Part shown: one piece after another, positions 54,712-64,000 of the stretch | Position numbering within the stretch: the stretch's first letter is position 1 | How the letters are laid out: every line of letters starts with the position of its first letter | DNA from: a virus | Virus record (IMG/VR): IMGVR_UViG_3300037423_000584 | Strand: one strand, 5' to 3' | Length of the DNA stretch: 64,000 bases | Position numbers and translations under genes: made by a program | The notes under the pieces: generated by a model | Told to the model about the DNA's origin: nothing | The model's input: only the letters and a program-made list of their open reading frames with translations | Databases searched by the model: none

Positions 54712-55428
54712 TTTTATGACAAAAGAATTAGTGATATTTAATATTCCCGGAGAACCATCTTATAGAATACAAGCACTTGGATATGATGGTTTTCCCGGTG
54801 AAGACGCAAGAGTTGGCAAAAATAAAAAACTTCATAATTTAACTGTTTATACTGTTGGTACTTATAATACAGAATTAGATTTTAATTCTCGTCGTTATGC
54901 GATACAAGTCGCAAAAGAATTTGATCCATCTGCTAAAATAACAACTACAAAATACTAATGATAAAGGTTTCAAGATCACATTGGAATAATAAACTTTTCT
55001 ATGTAATGAATGTAGAAAATAATAATTTCCTAAGAACAGATGGAACTTGGCGACATCTTGAGCGTGGCTATCTAAGGATAGAACAAAATCCGGAGTTCTA
55101 TTTCAATTCAAGAAGATGGGCAATTTCTGTTCTAAAGAAACTAATTCCAGATGTTAAATTTAGAGATTTTGCAAAATGAAAGAATGTTGGATATCAGACT
55201 GGCACAGTGGCATGGTATGGATAAACGAAGGAAGATTTCCTGATTCTCTAAGATCACTAACTATTTATGGAACATTAGAACCTTGGGTAGCAGGAAACAA
55301 AAAGTTTACATTTTCATCCAGAAGATATGCAATTCAAGTTCTAAGAAAATATTTTCCAAATTGTAAAATAACTAGAGATATGCAAAAAGAAAAAGAAAGA
55401 CGTAGATAAAAGTTTGTAATTATTTTAC

Positions 55429-55575
55429 GCCGCTTTGGTCTAATAGGAGGTGAGGATATGGGACTAATCCCCAGCTTTCTTGCGAAAGCGAGACAGTATG
55501 GCATTGCCTAATATTCAAACCAAATGATATCTTTCTCTCAGAAAGAAGATAAAGGTTCGAATCCTTTAAGCGGTA
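55429..55575 (+). ncRNA. D-loop-insertion tRNA-like RNA, copy 10
   Basis: GCCGCTT/AAGCGGT-A; TCTTT-CTCTCAG-AAAGA; followed by NSRR gene 55584. Confidence 0.85.
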
Positions 55576-55810
55576 TTTAGATTATGAGATATATTATATT
55601 TAATGGCACATTAGGATGGTTAGTTTGGACAGACACTGCTCCAAATGAAAAATATTTACATAAAAGTGGAGATATTAGAGAATGGGATCGTACTAATTGG
55701 AAAGATCATTGTGTAAATTCACGAAGACATGCAATACAATTAATAAAGAAAATTGATCCAAAAGCTAAAATAATATCATATAGATATAGATATCCTGAAA
55801 GATAAAACAC

Positions 55811-55929
55811 GCCCCAGTAGTTTAACAGGGTAACTAGAGTTATTATACGCCACGGGCCGAATTAACTTAAGTTACAAAGAACAATCAACTCTCAGTTGAA
55901 AAGTATTCGTTCGAATCGGATCTGGGGTA
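55811..55929 (+). ncRNA. D-loop-insertion tRNA-like RNA, copy 11 (shortest insert)
   Basis: GCCCCAG/CTGGGGT-A; TCAA-CTCTCAG-TTGA; followed by NSRR gene 55940. Confidence 0.8.
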
Positions 55930-56194
55930 CTTAAACTATATGACTGAATACATATTATGGAAATCAAATGACTACAGAGGTTACTTCTTTGTAACAAAAT
56001 ATGATGAATATGGATATTGTAAGGCATATTTATCAAAATCTGTTTCGTGGACTCATCAATTAGATAGAAATATAACTTATTTTAATTCAGAAAGATACGC
56101 TATTCAAATATTAAAATTATTGGTTCCTAACGCAAAGTATACTAAGTATAAGTATTAAAATCCTCGCATGTGTAATAAGGGAAAACATAAAACC

Positions 56195-57001
56195 TTATTG
56201 CATAGATGCGAGATGTAAACATTTTATCCTTTTGTCTATTATTGACTTTATTTGATCATAAAATTCAAGTATTTTATATTGTTTACCACAATATCTATGA
56301 GATATATCTATTATATGTAATTCGATATTGTTTTCATTACATAATATTTGTTTTCTTTTATCAGATTCAGTTGTTCTATTAAAACTTTTTTCTCCGTAAA
56401 TTGGTTTATAATGACAAATTCCATTAATTTCGAAAGCAATATCTAACTTTGGTATTAATATATCAAGTTCAAGTCCAGATAGAATATTTCTATTATTGAA
56501 TAGAATATTTAAATCTGGATAATTTTTTCTTAATAGTTTTTCTATACAAATTTCTGCTTTTGATCTTCCTAAATCATTTTTTTGACAGTAGTTGTGATAA
56601 CACGGTCCAGAACAAAAATTTCTTTCATTATTATTGCTTGGTTTTCTGAAAATATCCTTATTGCAATAAGCACAATTTGATTTTATTTTTTCTGGTCCTC
56701 TAGGATCGTGTCCATGTCTTTCTTTTAAGGTATAAACAGAACAGCATTTCCTAGAACAAAAGTGTCTAGGATATTCTTTAACTTGTCCAGTAAGTTTATT
56801 AAATACTTTATCACATCTTAAGCATTTTACTTCTGTATATGTTTTGTAATCTTTTAATTGTTGCCTTCTGAAATAAGTTGTTCTACAAGATCTTGTACAG
56901 AAATTAGATGTTGTTCTTTTAATTTCCGAATTAAATTTTAGAAATTCATTATCACAATATAAACACTTAACTAAGGTACTATTATTTAAATTTTTATGCA
57001 T
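56195..57001 (-). CDS. Zn-finger-repeat PD-(D/E)XK (Vsr/DUF559-like) putative homing endonuclease
   Basis: Three C..C...F...FCS..C repeats, then LELDI..P....AFEING..HY...D..K. Confidence 0.8.
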   Translation of the reverse strand: MHKNLNNSTLVKCLYCDNEFLKFNSEIKRTTSNFCTRSCRTTYFRRQQLKDYKTYTEVKCLRCDKVFNKLTGQVKEYPRHFCSRKCCSVYTLKERHGHDPRGPEKIKSNCAYCNKDIFRKPSNNNERNFCSGPCYHNYCQKNDLGRSKAEICIEKLLRKNYPDLNILFNNRNILSGLELDILIPKLDIAFEINGICHYKPIYGEKSFNRTTESDKRKQILCNENNIELHIIDISHRYCGKQYKILEFYDQIKSIIDKRIKCLHLASMQ

Positions 57002-57634
57002 AAAACTATAAATGAAAGTTATGGAATAATTAATAAAAATGTTGGATATCGATATTTATTATCGAGTCCAGACAATATTGATGTTAATAAAAAATATCCT
57101 CTTATTGTCTATCTATCATCAGCGGGATGTAGAGGAAGTATAGAAGCCGTAAAACAAGAATCTGTTTGTTCTTGGTTTAAAAACCATATTCCTTTTTATG
57201 TTCTTGCACCCGTTTGTCCTCATAACGAAATTTATGATCCTGACTCTGTAAAATATTTGATTGATAAAACAGTTGCAGAAAATCCTATTGATATAAATCG
57301 TTTATATGTCAGTGGATACAGTATGGGGTCAAGAGGCTGTCATAATTGTCTTTCTGAGTATCCAGATCTATTTGCAGCTTCAGTTATAGTCTGTGGAGTG
57401 TCGTCATATCTAGTTGCTGCTAAATATGCTCATGTTCCAATACATCTATTTCACGGTGATAAAGACGAAGTTGTTAGTATAAACGAATCCTTAAAAATAT
57501 TTCATGCTTTAAGAGAGCATGGTGGTAATCCTAAGTTCCAAGTTCTTAAAGGATTTGGACATGATATTTACGAAGAAGTTTATGGTTCCACCGATACGTA
57601 TCGGTGGTTATTGTCTCATTCTAAGAAAGGGTAA
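56996..57634 (+). CDS. Alpha/beta hydrolase (esterase/peptidase-like)
   Basis: YPLIVYL, GYSMG nucleophile elbow, FHG.KD.VV, GH catalytic triad. Confidence 0.85.
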   Translation: MHKTINESYGIINKNVGYRYLLSSPDNIDVNKKYPLIVYLSSAGCRGSIEAVKQESVCSWFKNHIPFYVLAPVCPHNEIYDPDSVKYLIDKTVAENPIDINRLYVSGYSMGSRGCHNCLSEYPDLFAASVIVCGVSSYLVAAKYAHVPIHLFHGDKDEVVSINESLKIFHALREHGGNPKFQVLKGFGHDIYEEVYGSTDTYRWLLSHSKKG

Positions 57635-57636
57635 TT

Positions 57637-57783
57637 ATGCCTGGTCCGTCTGGTCAAGTTAATGCTCGTCATGCTCGTCATACCGCTGGCAAGAAGGGCT
57701 TTGGTGCCGAACGTCATCTTATGAATCTTTCTCCTTCTACGGAACGTGGGAAGCGTCGTAGGGCGAAGAAGGGTAAGAAGTAA
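57637..57783 (+). CDS. 48 aa highly basic peptide
   Basis: Manual translation MPGPSGQVNARHARHTAGKKGFGAERHLMNLSPSTERGKRRRAKKGKK; AAAGGG RBS. Confidence 0.6.
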   Translation: MPGPSGQVNARHARHTAGKKGFGAERHLMNLSPSTERGKRRRAKKGKK

Positions 57784-57981
57784 TAAATATATGGAAGCAA
57801 TACTGTTTAAAACAGTTGTATCGTTTTTTGTTTGTGTTTTTATTGGATTCTTTGTAGCATTAGCTACTTCTGGTAATGACGAAGCTTTAGCTAAATGGTA
57901 TACCCACAAATACTTTCCATGTATTTGTATTATTTTTGGGTCTACTATTGTCGTAGAAATAATGCTATTTTAATATAGCTC

Positions 57982-58128
57982 GCCCGCATGGTCTAATAGG
58001 CGAATATAATATTACCCAATCCCCAGCTTTTGTGCAAAAAGCATAAGAGCATGGCATTGGGTTTTATTATATTCATATGACAGTCACCTCTCAGGTGACA
58101 GATGAAAGTTCGACTCTTTCTGCGGGTA
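57982..58128 (+). ncRNA. D-loop-insertion tRNA-like RNA, copy 12
   Basis: GCCCGCA/TGCGGGT-A; GTCAC-CTCTCAG-GTGAC; followed by NSRR gene 58136. Confidence 0.85.
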
Positions 58129-58355
58129 TTTTGTTATGTTAATACGTTTGTATCAAAATCCAAATCCAAATAGTAATACATTTATATGCTATATCAAGAA
58201 TAATTCAGAAAATTGGCCTTGGGGTAAAACATATTATCTGAAAAATAATGGTGTGTGGCATAAAAATAGATGGCCCGGATGGGACGATAAATGTCATAAT
58301 ATAATATATAATTCTAGAAGATACGCTATACAAACAATCAAAAAATATTTTCCAG

Positions 58356-58562
58356 ATGCAAGAATCAAAGAAATTAAATAATTTATTCAAAATGCTATCT
58401 TATTCATCAGATGGTATCATGAATATTTATATCAGAGATAAAAAGTATAGTTATATAAATGTTCCAAGAAATCTTTATCAAAGAATAGATTTTCTTATAT
58501 CTAAAAACAATAACTCTTTAGTATCTAAATTATTAAAAAATGTTCAAATATATAATAATTAA
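58356..58562 (+). CDS. KTSC-like small protein
   Basis: Y......M.I.....Y.Y.NVP..LY pattern; start probably ~58392. Confidence 0.45.
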   Translation: MQESKKLNNLFKMLSYSSDGIMNIYIRDKKYSYINVPRNLYQRIDFLISKNNNSLVSKLLKNVQIYNN

Positions 58563-59727
58563 ATCTTCGATGGTAAGAGGATCTTTTTATATAAAAAGAA
58601 CTTCAGACAATGATAATAAAAGATGGTTTCTAAATCCTAAAAAAGATCTTTGGGAAGATCGTATTGATTATATAAACACTCGACATTTGTATTATAATTC
58701 ATACAGATATGCAGTACAAAGACTTAAGAAATTGATACCTGATATAAAGTTTATCTATCAGGATTTTTCATAATATGTATAAATACGAAATAGTCAAATC
58801 TAAACATCATAAGAAAAATTGGTTCTTTATAAGAAGAAGACCAACGAAAAGAAATACTTGGATATGGGGATATTTATCCGATTCTTTTGAACGTTGGCAT
58901 TGGGTATATCGCGAATGGGATTCCGAATATCATTATAATTCCTTTAGACGAGCAGTACAGCGTCTTAAAGAAATTGTTCCAAATGCTAAGTATAGATTTA
59001 TAGATCAAACAAAGTTATAATGATATATAAAGTAATGAAATTTGGTAGAATGGGATGGTACATTACATCTATTATTCCAATAAATAAAGAGTATCCAAAT
59101 AGAGATTATTATCTTCACAAAGATGGCAGATGGATATATGGAACTATGAATGAAAATAAAGAATATTCTGGATATTTTAATACCAGAAGATATGCCATTC
59201 AAGTATTAAAGAAATATTACCCAGATGCAAAAGTGGCAAAATGAAATGGTTAGTAGCTAATCAATATGCAAATCATTGGTACGTTTGTAGAATAGAACGT
59301 CTCGACTTTAGACATAAAACAATATATCTTTCTAAAACAGGAAAAGAAATTATTGGTCCATATAATAATTTTGGCCAACTTTACTTTAATTCCCGAAGAT
59401 TTGCAATACAAATAGTTAAACAAGTAGACAAAAATGCTAAATTGGTTAAAAACGCAATCGAGCTATTTAATTAGTTGCTTTTTCATTAAAAAAAATAGAT
59501 ATAAGTATCAGATTGTTGTTAAGACAAACGGTTATCGTTATATCCAACGTTTTGATAGAGAATTTGAACTATTTTCTTATCTTACAAAGAAAGGTAAATG
59601 GGACATAAGAAGACCATATAGTGTATTCGAAGATAATGATAGACTATATAATAGTAGACGATTTGCGATTTCACAATTGAAATCAAAAATAGGCGATAAA
59701 GAATTTCAAGAAATAAAAGGTTTGTAA
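58540..59727 (+). other. Five tandem NSRR-motif family CDS (58540, 58775, 59020, 59241, 59434)
   Basis: Each has [YF]L...G/x.W and [YF]N[ST].R.A[IV]..LK. Confidence 0.75.
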
Positions 59728-59733
59728 TTAATC

Positions 59734-59879
59734 GCCCCATTAGTTTAACAGGACAGTTTGTTGATTTTACCAAGTCCACGGCTTTTTGCGAAAGCAAAAA
59801 GTACGCCACCGTTTGATCGACTTACTAAAAACCTCTTTCTCTCAGAAAGATGATTTACGTTCGAATCGTAAATGGGGTA
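59734..59879 (+). ncRNA. D-loop-insertion tRNA-like RNA, copy 13
   Basis: GCCCCAT/ATGGGGT-A; insert subtype CCACGG..TACGCC as in copy 1; followed by NSRR gene 59884. Confidence 0.85.
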
Positions 59880-60116
59880 TTATATGTTTCACTATGCTTT
59901 GGCGATACAAAATCAGGCTTTAAACACGTTTAGAATAGTACGTTTTGGAGGTGGATTTGGAGCACATCGTCTTAATAAAGATGGAAAATTTGTTCCAATA
60001 GGAGAAAAATATGAAAAATATAATTCTAGAAGGCATGCTATACAAATGTTTAAAAAATTCGTTCCAAACGAAAAACTATTTGATAATAGTACCGGCAAAG
60101 TAATTAAATAGAATAT

Positions 60117-60321
60117 GCCCCACTAGTTTAACAGGAAGTACATGTAACTTGTGGACCAAAGTTCCCAGTCTAGATATTACAATTCTCTTATGTATCGACA
60201 GTATACATTTGTGATCGCAAGATCTCAGAGGATTTGTTTTTGATGATATGGCACTCCATGTTCGGTACGAAAACAGTTGTCTCTCAGATAAAAGATCGTC
60301 GTTCGAATCGACGGTGGGGTA
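60117..60321 (+). ncRNA. D-loop-insertion tRNA-like RNA, copy 14 (longest insert)
   Basis: GCCCCAC/GTGGGGT-A; TCCCAG...ATGGCAC core with an extended distal domain. Confidence 0.8.
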
Positions 60322-60893
60322 CTTTATTATGATTCAAAATAATATAGCCAAAATAACTCTCAATGCTTTAATTAGAATCCTTAGCAATTTATCTACTATA
60401 GACAAAAAACTAAATATAAAACCGGGAGAATATTCTCCTAATATTCTTATAATGGAAATAGATGGGGGTCCAAATGATGGAAGACTTGTTTGGTCAGCAA
60501 AAGATCAACAAGCTTATTACGTAACAGACCAATGGTTTAATATAATTACCAAGAAGAAAGAAGAAACATTAGATACGCAAAATGCTAATTCTATTGTTTT
60601 AAATATATGAAAATAACATTAAAGGCTCTTCATAAAATGCTACTTGCAGTATTTCCATTGAAGCACTTTAGTTTTGATGGAAGTCCACAGGGAGAACTAT
60701 ATTTTTGGGCAGATGGAACAGTTGAATCTGGCCAAGGCTTTTTGTGTTATTCGATAGAAACAGATGAAATAACTCTTATATCTAATACATGGAAACCAAA
60801 AATAGAAGAATTTCTTAGATCTATTGGAAATAAAACCAAAGAACAACAAGAATTATTTTCTGACGCCGATTTCGCAGAGTATCAAAAACACAA

Positions 60894-61652
60894 TTGTTTA
60901 GGAACAGATATATGAAGAAAAAGCGGCACGACAAGATTTGTTTACTTTGTAAAAAATCTAGAGCCATTTATGCTATTCAAAATCTATTCTTGCCAAATGG
61001 CAAAGTTCCTAAGAGGAAAAGAACACAAATAAGAACTAGACCGATTATTTGTGATTGTTGTGCTAGTCCTGATAAGTTTGCCATTCCTGTTATTATAACT
61101 AAAAGTCCTGAACAGTGTAAGGATTTGATTTGTAAGTATGCCGAAAATTCCAAAGATAGAAAAGACTATTCACCGATTCTTCTTTATCAAAATCCCAAAT
61201 CAATAGAGCTTGCTAATAAAGATCCTCTACCTATTTGGGTAATGTCGAGACAAATGGTGGGTACTATGCAAATAGATGCTCCTCATATTGTTATTTCGAT
61301 TACCAATCCGGGATCTAATCCTGCATTTATCAATCAAAATGGATATCTTTTAGATATACATCGTGTTTCCTTTGATGATGCAGATAAATTCCATAAAGAC
61401 GGTAAGACTTATAATATAATCACAGAGAAACAGGCAAAGGATATCTGGCACTTTGTCAAGAAAAATAAGTGGCGAACAAGTGTAATTGTTTGTCATTGTG
61501 AAGCAGGACGAAGCAGAAGTGCGGGTGTTGCCGCCGCTTTGTCTAAGATAATTAATGGAACCGACGAAGAATATTTTAAGAAATATACTCCTAATAGTAA
61601 AGCTTATGCCGCTATATTAAAGGTGGTTTATGGCGATCATGCCAAACAATAA
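60894..61652 (+). CDS. Protein tyrosine / dual-specificity phosphatase-like protein
   Basis: VISIT.P, F.D, HCEAGRSRSA (HCx5R). Confidence 0.85.
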   Translation: MFRNRYMKKKRHDKICLLCKKSRAIYAIQNLFLPNGKVPKRKRTQIRTRPIICDCCASPDKFAIPVIITKSPEQCKDLICKYAENSKDRKDYSPILLYQNPKSIELANKDPLPIWVMSRQMVGTMQIDAPHIVISITNPGSNPAFINQNGYLLDIHRVSFDDADKFHKDGKTYNIITEKQAKDIWHFVKKNKWRTSVIVCHCEAGRSRSAGVAAALSKIINGTDEEYFKKYTPNSKAYAAILKVVYGDHAKQ

Positions 61653-61810
61653 TAAAGTATTCTGGCTTATTCTACTGATCATTTCTTTTTGTATGTTTTG
61701 GTTCTCACTAAGATACGGAGTAGATAAAGCAAATCCTATTAATTTGACTATAGTTTTACTAATAACAATTTACTCATCTGTAATGTTGTCATTAGATAAA
61801 TAAACTAAAA

Positions 61811-61943
61811 TCCCAGCGTAGTTTAAATACGAGCATCTGATCTAAACACCAAGGAGTGAAATCTTTGGTGTATTTTTGTTTGTCTTGTGGGAAAACATCG
61901 CTCGCTTGGGCGACATTAAGAGTTCGAATCTCTTCGTCTGGGA
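61811..61943 (+). ncRNA. Divergent D-loop-insertion tRNA-like RNA with non-canonical anticodon arm
   Basis: TCCCAGCG/CG(T)CTGGGA, GTTT..AAAC D-stem around a ~65 nt insert, AAGAG-TTCGAAT-CTCTT. Confidence 0.65.
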
Positions 61944-62704
61944 CTTTTATGAAAGGCAATATGCATAGCACAAATGGAAATCTTGCTAGCCTAGTAAGGA
62001 CCTCTGTTATAGAAGATCATGGTATGAAATTATATATCTGGGATAGTATACCTGGATATGAATCTTTCATGGTATTTGCTTCTTCCACAGAAGAAGCCAT
62101 ACAAAAATGCGAAGAATCTATGATGCCATTTGAAATACTAAAGCATCTTAAAGATTTTCCACCGTGTAGAATTGTAGAAAATAAACCTACCATTATTGCT
62201 ATTAGATCCAATATAATTATATGAGTACAACAGAAATAAATGAAGAACGTCTTTATCCTTCCATAGTTAAATATCCTAAAGATCCTCCGTCTGCATCAGA
62301 ACTAGAACGATTGGAAAAAGAAGAGAAAGAAAAATCGGAGATAAAGAAGTGACCCTTTTGATAGGCATTGAAATGATTAAAATTACCTTGTCTGCCGTTG
62401 TTAGAATCCTTGCGAAACAGGGATTTCAATATATTATAGAAACAGTAGATGACACGGAACATGACACTGTATGTTTTGTGACTTCTGATGGTTATCCAGA
62501 AACAGTCGGTCCTTTTGTTTACGATAATACTCAAGAAGGTCTTCAACAAGCATTACACAAGCGTGCTCATAAAAAGACTCCTTTGTTGTATTATAACATG
62601 GAAACACAAATGATAACTTCTTGTTGTCAAGAATGGCTTGATCTTTTTAAGGACGAAGCTAGAGCTTGTAAAGATAATTCTATAGCTATTGTTCAATAAC
62701 TAAC

Positions 62705-62867
62705 GCCCCAGTAGTTTAATAGGGAATTTTAGAAACCGGTCATACGTTGAAAACTAGTAGATTCCTAGAATCGAAAGTAAGTACATACGCTCATTCCGTG
62801 AAGTATAAAGTTCAAAGAACGTTATCCTCTCAGGATCATGGTCTTGGTTCGAATCCAAGTTGGGGTA
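62705..62867 (+). ncRNA. D-loop-insertion tRNA-like RNA, copy 15
   Basis: GCCCCAG/TTGGGGT-A; ATC-CTCTCAG-GAT; followed by NSRR-like gene 62874. Confidence 0.8.
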
Positions 62868-63120
62868 TTTAATATGATACAAATTATAAAAGATACTTGG
62901 TTTGAGAACAAATGGTTTATCTTTAATTATAAAAATCGAGATGGCAATTATTTCTTAACAAAAAAATTAAAATATCAACGTCTTGAGACAACGGATTATA
63001 ATGCCAAGAAAGAAAAATCTATTATATATTTTAATTCCTTAAGAGAAGCCATAAGCATTCTTAAAAAAGTACATCCTAAAATAGAACAATCAGAATATTC
63101 TATAAATAAGCGAGATAATA

Positions 63121-63447
63121 ATGGGCAAAAGTATTAAAAAACAATTTAGCCAAACTCATGCAGGATTGAGTCCGTATTGTGTTTGGATCTTAGTAGGTAT
63201 TATTCTTGGAACTAAGATTCCAGAGATCAAAGATGAATATAAAAAGAAACAGGTTTCAATTTCTTTAAGAGGTGATACTCATGTTTTTCCAGTAATGACA
63301 AATGCTGTCAAATCATTGGAAAAATATGGTTTTATACAACTTAATACTAGACTAGAATGCTATAAATTAACCTCGAAAGGTTTTAATGTAGCACATGATA
63401 AACTTAAAGAAGCCGGATTTAAGTTAGGACTTTCTTCCACTATTTAA
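63121..63447 (+). CDS. Winged-helix-like small protein
   Basis: AVKSLEKYGFI......YKLT.KG pattern. Confidence 0.55.
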   Translation: MGKSIKKQFSQTHAGLSPYCVWILVGIILGTKIPEIKDEYKKKQVSISLRGDTHVFPVMTNAVKSLEKYGFIQLNTRLECYKLTSKGFNVAHDKLKEAGFKLGLSSTI

Positions 63448-63592
63448 TGGGTTATTATTTGTTGTCAATTAGGCATGACGTTGCGATTGCCAAGTTATAT
63501 TATTCATTTAGTATAGCGTTTTAGATACAAATAATACTTTAAAAACTCAGTTCCGATACTATACAACCCTTATAGTTGCAAAGTCGGAACAT

Positions 63593-63664
63593 ACCCATGT
63601 AGCTCAATGGTAGAGCGTTCCGCTGTTAACGGAATGGTTGGTGGTTCGAATCCATCCGTGGGTG
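63593..63664 (+). tRNA. tRNA-Asn(GUU)
   Basis: ACCCATG/CGTGGGT-G, TTCCG-CTGTTAA-CGGAA. Confidence 0.92.
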
Positions 63665-63671
63665 TTAAATT

Positions 63672-63926
63672 ATGAGATTTCATATAGTAAGATCAAAAAT
63701 ATTAGTCGATAAAGAATATTATTTAATAGCATTATGCTATGATAAACCTCCGCATATATTCCGTGGAAAATGGTTATCAAAAAATGGTAAATTCACATTT
63801 GGAAATGGCTGTATGCATCCAAATCAAATGCATGAATTCCATTTTAATTCTATAAGATATGCGATTCAGACTGTTAAAAAATATTATCCAGAACTTAAAA
63901 AATCAAATGTATTTATTAAAAAATGA
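63672..63926 (+). CDS. NSRR-motif family small protein
   Basis: WLSKNGKF...FNSIRYAIQTVKKYYP. Confidence 0.75.
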   Translation: MRFHIVRSKILVDKEYYLIALCYDKPPHIFRGKWLSKNGKFTFGNGCMHPNQMHEFHFNSIRYAIQTVKKYYPELKKSNVFIKK

Positions 63927-64000
63927 TATTTAAAATAATAGAAGGATTTGGACCAAGAAGAGGAACATATTGTATCGCAGTATGTAAAGGTAAAAATCGT

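Noticed and set aside
56161-56215. tRNA half split by the endonuclease gene
   Set aside because: Folds as one long hairpin between convergent genes, and no matching T-arm half was found beyond 57001; more likely a terminator.
52513-60321. CRISPR-like repeat-spacer array
   Set aside because: The repeats are diverged ~145 nt cloverleaf RNAs separated by whole genes, and no cas genes are present.
37680-62867. Reading the CUCUCAG loop as a UCA opal-suppressor or Sec anticodon, implying a recoded genome
   Set aside because: In the 7 nt loop register the anticodon is CUC. There is no Sec-type long arm, long genes are intact in code 11, and TGA is used as a normal stop (ATGA overlaps).
37768-62873. 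ORF-track N-terminal extensions at 37768, 39045, 52567, 54635, 59872, 60248, 61856 and 62838
   Set aside because: They run through the tRNA-like RNAs; better ATGs lie just after each RNA 3' end.

Overview
A 64 kb segment of a large, AT-rich tailed-phage genome. Bases 1 to ~17.1 kb (minus strand) carry the late/virion module: sigma-like factor, HNH and ERCC4 nucleases, GDP-mannose dehydratase, large terminase, portal, protease/scaffold, decoration protein, major capsid and fibre-like proteins. After a GC-rich strand switch at ~17.2 kb, the plus strand carries about 100 small accessory ORFs, a DNA ligase, five ordinary tRNAs and a dense set of non-coding RNAs. The main candidate novel system is 15 diverged copies of a tRNA-like RNA (invariant G1-U72/A73 and CUCUCAG anticodon loop). 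Each copy has a structured ~45-130 nt insertion in the D-loop, and they are interleaved with 21 paralogous 69-97 aa proteins sharing a [FY]NSRR[YW]AI..[LF]KK motif. A separate tRNA-like RNA (42985-43093) shows CCUACCUUU in the apical loop of its D-loop insertion. This is the exact complement of an AAAGGUAGGU leader found in front of about 20 genes at 18.5-37 kb, suggesting a tRNA-scaffolded trans-acting regulator of translation. Other unusual RNAs include long-arm UAU tRNAs, a D-arm-less UCU tRNA, two ~1 kb structured ORF-free regions and a family of UGAAUAA-loop hairpins. All calls come from reading the sequence by eye; no database search or folding program was run.
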